From: an uncultured Acidobacteriota bacterium
Lineage (GTDB): Bacteria; Acidobacteriota; Thermoanaerobaculia; UBA5066; Gp7-AA6
Assembly: GCA_963733955.1 (NCBI GenBank)
Contig: CAVTEW010000003.1
Coordinates: 1,308,322 to 1,372,321 of the forward strand
Reading direction: 5' to 3'
DNA: 64,000 nt
Shown here piece after piece: positions 26,309-34,410 of this stretch. Every line of letters starts with the position of its first letter. Within the stretch, counting starts at the first letter, position 1. Made by a program: the position numbers and the translations under genes. A model generated the notes under the pieces. It ran no database searches and had not been told where the DNA came from. It saw only the letters and a program-made list of their open reading frames with translations.

Positions 26309-27693
26309 CGCAGCACCTCGACGACTTCACCCTGCTGCGTTACGTCGCGGGTGACCTGGACGCGTCGGAACGAACTGCGGCGTCCGAACACCTCGATGCC
26401 TGCGCCCCCTGCAAGGCAACCCACCGCGAGATCGAAGAATTGGACGAGGAGCTGAAGGCGATCGCGCAGGATCCGTCCACGCGGCTGGACTTCGAGGTCG
26501 AGGAGCTGCCGGAGGAGGATCCGTTCCTAAGGCGGCCACGACGGGAGTCTCGCATGCGCCGCCCCAATCGGGACACGCCGATGGCGAGCGCCCTCGAAGC
26601 CTCCGAGGAAGGGGGAGTGCTCTCCGGAACTGTTCTGTCCGCGATCAAGGGCTGTCCTGAAGATCTGCAATCTCTTGTCGATCGCCTGGATCTTACGGAC
26701 TTGTCTTATCGCTTCGCGCTTCTCTACGGCCTTCAGGAGGCGGGGAAGCGGATCTCGGAAGCCCCTTACCGGATTCTGCGATCAGCCGAGTCCTTGTTGG
26801 AGAAGCTCCGTCGAGACGGTCCGAGTGCCGACCGGATCGTCCCGGAGGAGCTCCTGAACGGTCAGATCCATCAGCTTGCCGGTAGTGCATGCCTCTGGAC
26901 GGGGGAATACGACAAAGCGGGTACTCACCTGCATTTGGCGTACGAGTACCTCGGTACGACGAGCGACGACACTTCGCTCGCAGTCGTCGAGCTGTTCGAG
27001 GCTCAGCGTCGATCGTTCTTGGGACGTGGGAACGAAGGACTGGCCCTCGCGCGCCGCTCGTTCTCGACCTTCGAGTTGTTCGAAATGAGGGACTACATGG
27101 CTCGCGCCCGGGTCGTCATCGGGCTTGCGCTCTTCGATCTCGGCAAGTACCAGGAAGCAGTGGAGTCCTATCGTCTGGCGATTCCAACCTTCGAGTCCGA
27201 AGGCCTTTGGGCGAACTATGTCGGGGCCGTCAACAGCGTCGCCACGGCCTTGGAGCGCCAGGGAAATCTCGACGGCGCACGCCGAGAGTTCGCGCGCGCC
27301 CTGAAGCGAGTCTCCCGTGAACGGGACCGCGCCTTCGTCGCCGCTATCCGAAAGGGGCTGGCCGAAGTTCTCTTCTCCGCGAAACGGTATCGCGAGGCGG
27401 CGATCGCATCCTCCCAAGCCGGTCGCCTCTATGGCGAAACGAAACAACTTTACTTTCGGTTGTGGGCCCTGCTCTTCGAGATCGAGAGTTGGGCCCGGGC
27501 CGGTGAGGCCGACCGCGCCTGTCACCGCCTCGACCTGTTCCGATCGGAGGTTGCCCGTCTCGGAGCGCTGGATGGATCGATCTGCCGAAACATCGAGTCG
27601 GCTCTCAAGGGTGAGCGTCAGGACTTTGCCGCGATCGCGCTCTTGAGGACAGAGGCCTCGGAGACCCTCAAGGAGCGTTTGCTCGGCGCTTAG
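26296..27693 (+). CDS. anti-sigma factor: zf-HC2 N-terminus with a cytoplasmic TPR-like C-terminal domain
   Basis: LLRYVAGDLDASERTAASEHLDACAPCKA. Overlaps the sigma stop by 13 nt. ORF 26152.. over-extended. Confidence 0.7.
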   Translation: MHGMTQHLDDFTLLRYVAGDLDASERTAASEHLDACAPCKATHREIEELDEELKAIAQDPSTRLDFEVEELPEEDPFLRRPRRESRMRRPNRDTPMASALEASEEGGVLSGTVLSAIKGCPEDLQSLVDRLDLTDLSYRFALLYGLQEAGKRISEAPYRILRSAESLLEKLRRDGPSADRIVPEELLNGQIHQLAGSACLWTGEYDKAGTHLHLAYEYLGTTSDDTSLAVVELFEAQRRSFLGRGNEGLALARRSFSTFELFEMRDYMARARVVIGLALFDLGKYQEAVESYRLAIPTFESEGLWANYVGAVNSVATALERQGNLDGARREFARALKRVSRERDRAFVAAIRKGLAEVLFSAKRYREAAIASSQAGRLYGETKQLYFRLWALLFEIESWARAGEADRACHRLDLFRSEVARLGALDGSICRNIESALKGERQDFAAIALLRTEASETLKERLLGA

Positions 27694-28066
27694 CCTCCGA
27701 TACCAAGACCCCCCCGAAAAAATCTGTCAAAAAGCGCCCCTTCCTAGGCACGTACTAGGTCGGAAGGCGGCCATGGAGCGCTCCACTCCGCTTCCAGATT
27801 CCCCGCCCAGCGCGGGAACCAAGGAGGTTGTGTGTGAACGCCGAAAATACGCCTGTTCCGGCCTGAATCTCTGGCCCCCGTCGGTCCGGCTCGCGCGGGC
27901 CGGGCCGGCGGCCTTCGTTAGGTCAGCTCAACCCCGTGTCCGGTTGGCGATCGGCTAATAATCGACCGCGTGACTGGAGGGCGACGCAGCAGGCGACGTG
28001 GGTCGGCTTCTCGACGATCGTCATCGCAGGATGACGTTGGAACCGGTCCAGGGAAGTCCCTCAGAC

Positions 28067-28377
28067 GATCCACGGAAGCCTTCTATCGCGAGTATTTTCT
28101 GCCGCTCGTCCGCCGGGCGACCTGGCGGCACGGACTGTCCTCCGACGACGCCCGGGATATCGTGCAGGACGCCTTCCTGATCGCGCTCGAGAAAATGGAT
28201 TTCGCCAGAAGCCTGGAAGCCTGGATCCTCTAGAGGGGCGCGGCCGGCCATCGAGGAAGAGAAAATGATCCCCGAAGGCATCGCGGCTTACGGCCTTCTC
28301 GGCGAATCCGTCCGCCGCCGTCAGATCAACCGCCAGGCCCTGCGCGATCTTCACGGCTACTTCCGCCACGATCGCTG
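28067..28377 (+). pseudogene. decayed remnant of a sigma-region-2-only / TPR-partner cassette: a region-2 fragment, then a 38-aa C-terminal partner fragment
   Basis: FYREYFLPLVRRATWRHGLSSDDARDIVQDAFLIALEK (28067-28233) resembles the 30974 gene product. MIPEGIAAYGLLGESVRRRQINRQALRDLHGYF (28264-28377) matches the C-terminus of the 31353 protein (KMVPEGMAALALLRQSLRNHRINREALRNLHGYF). Confidence 0.55.
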
Positions 28378-28494
28378 ACCACTGCGGGCTTCAAATCCGC
28401 CGCCCGTCCTCGGGACCTGGGAACCCTCTCACGGAGCACGGCTTACTCCTCGCGACACTAAGTTAGGTAGAGGATTGCTCTGAGAGGAGGGACC

Positions 28495-29670
28495 ATGCGG
28501 AGTCGGACCGCGGTCGCGGCATCGATCGTCGGCATTTTTCTCAGTCTTCCAGCAGTCGGTCGGCAGGCTCTTGCGAGTGCGGATGCGGGCGGCCAGAGCC
28601 CAGCGGCCGGCCTCCACCGATCGGCGACGAAGCCAGAGAACGTCGCGGCGAGCAATACCTGGTTCTACACGATCCGCGACGAGAACAACCGGCCGGCGAT
28701 CGAGTATCACCTCGGCCAGGCCGGCAACGTCATCACCGATCGCATTTACGCCTACCTCGGCAACACATTGGTAGCCACCTACGAGGCGAGCGGCAATTCG
28801 CCCGGGTGGGTTTACTACGGCACCGATCACCTGGGCTCCGTGCGGACCGTGATGTCCGGTACGACCTGCACGCAGCAGTTCCAGCCTTTCGGCGAACCGG
28901 CCGGGCAGAGCTGCTCAACTGGCAGCCCGGTCAAGTTTGCCGGCATGGAACGAGACTCGACCTCTGGCAACGACTACGACCATGCGAGGTTCCACGGGGG
29001 GGGGAGCACGCTGGGACGGTTCCTCGGTCCTGACAAGCTCCAGGGTCATCCTGCCGATCCGCAGTCCTGGAACCGTTACGCATACGCCCGGAACAGCCCG
29101 GTCACTCTCATCGATCGCAATGGCATGGAGTTCGGCTCGCCGGGTGGAGGTGCCGAGCTGCACACGGCTGTCCTAAACTTTGAGGCGACCTACCATCACA
29201 GCGAGCCGGCGATGGCTGAGCTCGGCCAGTCGGTCGCCCTGCAAGAGACCCTTGGTCCCGTGGGAACGGCGGCTGTGCTCATCTCTGGCGCCGGCCCTGC
29301 GGTCAGACTCATCTCAGAGATCTCGAGCATTCGGCCTCCCACTGCTCCGCGCGAGGCCGATTCGAACACGCTAGGGCCCGGCCCGTACTCGGGCAGATCG
29401 ATTCCGGCTCGTGGAGAGCAACGCAATTTCACCGTAGCAGAGCGATCTCAAATTAACGAGGCAGGTTCAGAAACCGGCTGTCATACCTGCGGTACAAAGG
29501 TTCCAGGAACAAAGAGCGGAAATTTCGTTCCCGACCATCAGCCTCCGAACGCGCTCAACGAGCCGGGCGAGCCGCAACGTCTGTATCCGCAATGCATAGA
29601 CTGCAGCCGGCAGCAGGGCCTTCAAATCATCCGCACATTGAAGGACGTCCTGGGACCGCCCGTGAAATGA
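28495..29670 (+). CDS. small secreted RHS-repeat-associated-core toxin: signal peptide, RHS core, then an HNH/EndoVII-like nuclease-type C-terminal tip (putative)
   Basis: Signal peptide MRSRTAVAASIVGIFLSLPAVG. The core (WFYTIRDENNRPAIEYH...YYGTDHLGSVR...FAGMERDSTSGNDYDHARFHGGGSTLGRF) is near-identical to the core of the giant rhs. C-terminal CHTCG...DHQPP...CIDC motif. Confidence 0.8.
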   Translation: MRSRTAVAASIVGIFLSLPAVGRQALASADAGGQSPAAGLHRSATKPENVAASNTWFYTIRDENNRPAIEYHLGQAGNVITDRIYAYLGNTLVATYEASGNSPGWVYYGTDHLGSVRTVMSGTTCTQQFQPFGEPAGQSCSTGSPVKFAGMERDSTSGNDYDHARFHGGGSTLGRFLGPDKLQGHPADPQSWNRYAYARNSPVTLIDRNGMEFGSPGGGAELHTAVLNFEATYHHSEPAMAELGQSVALQETLGPVGTAAVLISGAGPAVRLISEISSIRPPTAPREADSNTLGPGPYSGRSIPARGEQRNFTVAERSQINEAGSETGCHTCGTKVPGTKSGNFVPDHQPPNALNEPGEPQRLYPQCIDCSRQQGLQIIRTLKDVLGPPVK

Positions 29671-29677
29671 TCTGGCC

Positions 29678-30325
29678 GTGAGCTCCGAAGAGGTCGTGGT
29701 TCTGGCGGAAGGTCTCCGGGCCCGCACCGTTGGTCTTCGCCGAGCGGGTCGTCCCGAGGTGGCTGTCGCCGTTGACGACGCCGCGCTAATGCCTGAAGCG
29801 GAGCGGTTTCTCGGCTTCGTGTCGAGATACATCCTGAGGGCGAAAGTCACGATTAGAGACGGCGAGACGCTGGCGTACGGCTACTGGTTGACGAAGTTCG
29901 TCGCGGTTAACGCCGGAAACTTGGACGTATGGGAGTACGCTAGCTCGGGTACTCACTTCTCTCCGGGCGCCACTCTTACGCTGACGTACTGGCGCGAGCA
30001 ACACGCCATTTGCGAGAAAGCCGGGACCGAGTTCAGGCCGCCCCGTCCGGATGAGCTCGCGGCCGTATCCCCAGCAGTTCTCGAGGGCGCGTCCGTTCAG
30101 GGCGTCAGATACCCGAGCCCCGCACCGATGTCAGGGTGGTGGATTACCGCCGACGACTACACCGGCGACATCAAGATGCTGGGGACGGAACATCTCTATC
30201 ACCTGACGGACCTGCGCCCGGATCTGGCACGGTACCTGGCGCTGCCGCAGGGCTTCAGGTTCGATCTTGCCAACTACGAAGACGTGTGGTTCGATCGAGC
30301 GGTGGCCGACCAATCTGCGATCTGA
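29678..30325 (+). CDS. putative cognate immunity protein of the orphan toxin
   Basis: Starts 8 nt after the toxin stop. No recognisable enzyme motif. Assignment by position only. Confidence 0.45.
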   Translation: MSSEEVVVLAEGLRARTVGLRRAGRPEVAVAVDDAALMPEAERFLGFVSRYILRAKVTIRDGETLAYGYWLTKFVAVNAGNLDVWEYASSGTHFSPGATLTLTYWREQHAICEKAGTEFRPPRPDELAAVSPAVLEGASVQGVRYPSPAPMSGWWITADDYTGDIKMLGTEHLYHLTDLRPDLARYLALPQGFRFDLANYEDVWFDRAVADQSAI

Positions 30326-30361
30326 CCGCCCGCCCCGAAATCTAGCGACGCTAGAGCAACC

Positions 30362-30895
30362 GTGAGCCATATCGGCCTTTTGGCATGGGTCGAAGAACAT
30401 CTGAAGCCTTTCGGCTCGGAACGGCAGCCCCGATCAAGACGGACTCCCAATACCCGTTGCTACCCGGTCGTTTCCCACCTTGTTGACTGCACTTTGGAGG
30501 TCGGGTACTCTCCTCGCGCTGCAAGGGCAAGGATTCTAGATTTGGCGCAGCGCCGCGCGGAGGTTGACTCCGTCTTCCGCCACTCGCTCGGAGCGATCCA
30601 CTTCGCGCTGGTGGACCTTTACCTGCTGAGCGAAGCAGGGGCTGCGGAAGTCGCCGGGAATCTCTACGTCTGGTTTGAACGATTCGCCGAACGCGGGAGC
30701 AGGAGGGAGATGCCCGTTTCGACGCTTCGTTTCCCGTTGCTGCTCGCCGCGTGTCAGGCCGGCGTCGCGGCGAAGCAGCGCGAGCTTCGCGGAGGGTCCT
30801 GCGTGGAAGCGGGATTGCGGGAGACACTCGCTCGAGCGCCGGAGGACGTGGCGCGGGAATTAGCGTTGAAGCTACCGCTTGGCAATGACATGTAA
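30362..30895 (+). CDS. hypothetical protein (possible second immunity or cassette accessory protein)
   Basis: ORF only. Lower local GC. No motif recognised. Confidence 0.35.
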   Translation: MSHIGLLAWVEEHLKPFGSERQPRSRRTPNTRCYPVVSHLVDCTLEVGYSPRAARARILDLAQRRAEVDSVFRHSLGAIHFALVDLYLLSEAGAAEVAGNLYVWFERFAERGSRREMPVSTLRFPLLLAACQAGVAAKQRELRGGSCVEAGLRETLARAPEDVARELALKLPLGNDM

Positions 30896-30973
30896 GCTAC
30901 TGCACCCAAATCACTTCGCACTCGCGACATATAGCTGTTAGGAAGGTGCTTTGAACGACGGCATCGCATTCGC

Positions 30974-31336
30974 TTGAGCGGATGGAAGGGGCGATTCTCG
31001 CCCTCGCGCCGGGTGGCTTCACGCCGGGTTGTCAGCCCCGAGAAGCTCGAGGAATTCCATCTCAAGTTCTTTCTGCCCCTCGTGCGGCGAGCGATACGGC
31101 GGCATGGACTTTCGAACGAGGATGCCCGTGACGTTGTTCAAGAAGCTTTTGTCGTCGCGCTCGCCAAGCTCGGCTCAACCAGCTATGCCCTGGCTTGGTT
31201 GAAGCAGGTCGTGGACTTTCAGTCGATCAATCTGAAGCGGACGTCCGCGCGCCGAGCACGGCTCCTTGCGCAGTGGGCTGGAACGAGTCTTCCCGAAGGT
31301 TCCACTCTGCTCGAAGTCCCGGCGGACGAAATCTGA
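30974..31336 (+). CDS. sigma-70 region-2-only protein (no region 4)
   Basis: FFLPLVRRAIRRHGLSNEDARDVVQEAFVVALAKL...AWLKQVVDFQSINLKR matches sigma70_r2. The protein ends ~40 aa later with no region 4 helix-turn-helix. Confidence 0.6.
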   Translation: MSGWKGRFSPSRRVASRRVVSPEKLEEFHLKFFLPLVRRAIRRHGLSNEDARDVVQEAFVVALAKLGSTSYALAWLKQVVDFQSINLKRTSARRARLLAQWAGTSLPEGSTLLEVPADEI

Positions 31337-31352
31337 CGTGCGGAGTAATCAA

Positions 31353-32957
31353 ATGGCCACCCAGATGATGAGAGATCAGATCGCTGCGTGGCTCGAAGCC
31401 ACTCGAGGCATTGAGCTCGTGGTGGGGCTCGACGCGAAAGAGGCGGAACGGCGGGCGCTCGCGCTACTCGCGGCGATCCTGGAAAATCGGATCTCGCCCG
31501 ATTCTATGGTCCTCGACGAGGAAGCCAAGCAGGTCCTCTCAATTCTCGTCAGGCAGCTCGCCGAGTTGAACGCGGATAAAGGCGATCGTCTCCGCCAAGC
31601 GGCTGCCGTTGCGAGATTTATCGGTCGCCTTCGATGGTCCGATGACAACTTCGGCGAGAAGGAGGATCTTCTTCTCGAATGCGAGCAGGTTGGCCTCGGT
31701 GAGGACGGGATAACTCTTGGAGGAACCCCACCGAACACTCCGGAGTTCGAAGTCCACGCCGGCAAAGTGGATCCGATCAAAAGCGAGTCTCTGCAGCTCC
31801 AGATCGGCCTGGCCCCCACATTCCCGGTCATCGGTGGAGGGGAGAATACCAATTCGTCAAGGTCTGGTCGGCCGCGCCGGCGGCTGCTCTCCGAGAATCA
31901 GGCGAGCGAGGCGGCCGAGCGAACTTTGGCAATTCCAATTTCGGAGCGCGCGGGCAAGGAGATCGAGCTCCGGCTCGAAGCGCCGGAGACACTGTTGGCC
32001 ATGAGCGGCCTCCTGCGTGCGCGCCTGGATGTATCGCCGGCGACGGCCCGCGAGGAGGCGGATTACCTCTATCGGTTCCTGGACAAGCCGAAGCGGGAAA
32101 TCGGGCTCTTCGACGAGAGAGATTATTTCCTTGGCGAGATGGCGTTGATCGCGGCGACGGCGTGCAGACACCTCTCACTTCGTGAAGATTCCAAGCGCTG
32201 GCTCGATCGATCCGAGGCCGGGTTCCGCAAAACGATCAACGGGGCCGCGGAATGGGCGCGGGTCTCGTATCAGCGGCTGGCCTTGAGAATGGAGGAGCGG
32301 GAGTTCGAAGAGGTCTTGAGTCTGGCTCCATCTCTCTTCGATGATCTGGTCAACCGAGGCATGGGGGAGCACGCAATCAAGTGCCGATTCTTGGAGGGTG
32401 GAGCGCTGATCGAGATGGGCCGACTGGCGGAGGCGGTGAAAATCTTCGAGAGCCTCTGCGAGCATTGCGCACTTTTGAAGAACGAGAACCTTCTTGCAGG
32501 CGCTTACACGAACCTGACCCATTGCCATGCTCTACTCGGTGAATCGAAGGAAGCGCTCTCGGCCTCAAAGGAGGCTTCTCGGCTCTTACGGCGGGCCGGT
32601 GACCGGATCGGCTTGGCAAAGCTTCAGTGGTTCCTCGGAAATCTTCTTCGCGAACAGCATCAACTCACCGCAGCAATAGAGATTTATCGCTCGGCGCAGA
32701 GTGAATTCAGCGAGCTCTCCATGCAGGCCGACGTCGCGGCGATTCACCTGATCGTGGCGGATCTCATGCTGGAGCTCGGCCAGGACGCCCAGGCCCGCTG
32801 GGAGATCCAGGCGGCGCTTCCGGTGATCGACGAGAAGAAGATGGTGCCGGAAGGCATGGCGGCCCTTGCCCTCCTTCGCCAGTCCCTACGAAATCACCGC
32901 ATCAACCGCGAGGCGCTGCGAAACCTGCACGGATACTTCGAGGATCTGGGCTCTTAA
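31353..32957 (+). CDS. TPR-like partner protein (similar to the C-terminal domain of the 26296 anti-sigma; lacks zf-HC2 and TM)
   Basis: ATG 31353 (MATQMMRDQIAAWL). Alpha-helical TPR-like C-terminal half. Its C-terminal tail is repeated in the 28264 remnant. Confidence 0.6.
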   Translation: MATQMMRDQIAAWLEATRGIELVVGLDAKEAERRALALLAAILENRISPDSMVLDEEAKQVLSILVRQLAELNADKGDRLRQAAAVARFIGRLRWSDDNFGEKEDLLLECEQVGLGEDGITLGGTPPNTPEFEVHAGKVDPIKSESLQLQIGLAPTFPVIGGGENTNSSRSGRPRRRLLSENQASEAAERTLAIPISERAGKEIELRLEAPETLLAMSGLLRARLDVSPATAREEADYLYRFLDKPKREIGLFDERDYFLGEMALIAATACRHLSLREDSKRWLDRSEAGFRKTINGAAEWARVSYQRLALRMEEREFEEVLSLAPSLFDDLVNRGMGEHAIKCRFLEGGALIEMGRLAEAVKIFESLCEHCALLKNENLLAGAYTNLTHCHALLGESKEALSASKEASRLLRRAGDRIGLAKLQWFLGNLLREQHQLTAAIEIYRSAQSEFSELSMQADVAAIHLIVADLMLELGQDAQARWEIQAALPVIDEKKMVPEGMAALALLRQSLRNHRINREALRNLHGYFEDLGS

Positions 32958-33044
32958 CCGACGCTGCCAGGCGCCGAGCCTGAAGGAACTTCCGCCGGCC
33001 GTCCCTACGGAGAATCTGCAGATTCGATCCTGGGCAATTAGGGC

Positions 33045-33809
33045 TTACCGCGATCGTCGAACCCTTGGCGTATCCTCTTTGAGAACGAGGCGCAGGAGCC
33101 TTTCCAGCCGGGCGTCGGCCGAGAGGTCCGGGGCGGCTTCGGTTGCCAGCTGCCGGTGCTGGCGCGCGAACTGAATCGCCGCGGAAACCACGAGCGCCTT
33201 GGGATTTCTGGGGGGCATGGCGCTGCGCTTCCAGAACCTAGAGAACCACGCCTCCAGCTCTCGTTCCAGCAGGCGGATTTCCGGATCGGTGAACCGCCAG
33301 ACTTCAGCGAGCAGAACCCGGACGAGGGGGAGCGCACGATCCAGAGTGAGCAGGAGCTCAGTCTCCAACGTGCTACGTCCTGCGCCTGCGGGAGGCTCCT
33401 CGGGTCCGAAGGCCGTTTCGTGCGATTCGGCGATCGGCTCTGACACCGTACGCAGGTGCGCCGTTGCGCAAGCTCGCAGCAGAGACTCCTTTCCGTTGAA
33501 CTCGCCTTCCCACGAGAGTCCCTGGATGAACCCCTGGACCGATTTCGCGCGTCGCTCGATCTCGCCGGGAAGTCGGCCTGGGCCTGGGAGAACGCGGTAG
33601 GCGAGCGCGTAGAGGATGTTCTTCAAGTCATCGTCGAGATTTATCGTTTCGGGGTTCGCGGTGCCGTCGTGGATCGACCGCTCCAGCAATTCGGCGCGGA
33701 GAATCGTTTCGTCTTCGTCAATGCGAGAGTGTGTTGCCTCCTGGATGAGCGTGGCCATCCGGTCGACCCAGTTCTCCAGTTCGCGGTCGTACGGGCGGTG
33801 GCTGCGCAT
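33045..33809 (-). CDS. partner protein of the minus-strand sigma-region-2-only gene (anti-sigma-like, alpha-helical)
   Basis: ATG (MRSHRPYDRELENW) overlaps the upstream stop as ATGA. ORF 33045..34676 over-extended. Confidence 0.5.
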   Translation of the reverse strand: MRSHRPYDRELENWVDRMATLIQEATHSRIDEDETILRAELLERSIHDGTANPETINLDDDLKNILYALAYRVLPGPGRLPGEIERRAKSVQGFIQGLSWEGEFNGKESLLRACATAHLRTVSEPIAESHETAFGPEEPPAGAGRSTLETELLLTLDRALPLVRVLLAEVWRFTDPEIRLLERELEAWFSRFWKRSAMPPRNPKALVVSAAIQFARQHRQLATEAAPDLSADARLERLLRLVLKEDTPRVRRSR

Positions 33810-34378
33810 CAATCCTCCTCTTTCCCAGGACGCGCCCGAGCGGCGTCCGGACCCCAGTAGGCGAGAAGCGTGGCACGGCGGCCGCGCTTTCGGTTGAAGT
33901 TGAGGACGAGCCGTTCGACAACGCCCTCGAGCCATGCTCGCGTGTCTTTCAGAGGCCCCGTCCTTTCGAGGAGAACCACGAACGCCTCCTGAACGACATC
34001 CTCCGCGTCTTCGGGCGGGAGGCGGTGCTTCCAGCGCACTTCGATCGCGAGTTCCTTGAAGAGAATTGCGTATGAGCCATTGAGCTCCTTGAATCTCAGC
34101 TCGTCCGAAGCTCGAAAGGCGCTGCGCCAGCGCAGAGGGCTCCGCCTCGCCCTGGCTCGGGCCGCCGCGCCCGCTCCTCGCCCTTCGGTCGCGCGCATGC
34201 TTTCGTGGGTGCTCTTCGACATAGTAGTGTCGCGAGCCCCAAATCCTTTTTCCTGAGAACGTTCCAGAGCATACAACGAACGGCGGTCTCGGCAAGCCGC
34301 GCTTGGTCGGTGGCCAGAAGCCTGTCCGAGCACTCTCGCGCAACTTGCTGCGTGCCTGTCGGTTCTCGTTCGCGACAC
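33809..34378 (-). CDS. sigma-70 region-2-only protein (second paralog; true start may be an internal Met near 34225)
   Basis: PPEDAEDVVQEAFVVLLERTGPLKDTRAWLEGVVERLVLNFNRKR region 2, no region 4. Confidence 0.55.
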   Translation of the reverse strand: MSRTRTDRHAASCARVLGQASGHRPSAACRDRRSLYALERSQEKGFGARDTTMSKSTHESMRATEGRGAGAAARARARRSPLRWRSAFRASDELRFKELNGSYAILFKELAIEVRWKHRLPPEDAEDVVQEAFVVLLERTGPLKDTRAWLEGVVERLVLNFNRKRGRRATLLAYWGPDAARARPGKEED

Positions 34379-34410
34379 TAAGAAGGTAGAGAAACCAGTT
34401 ACGAGGGTCG

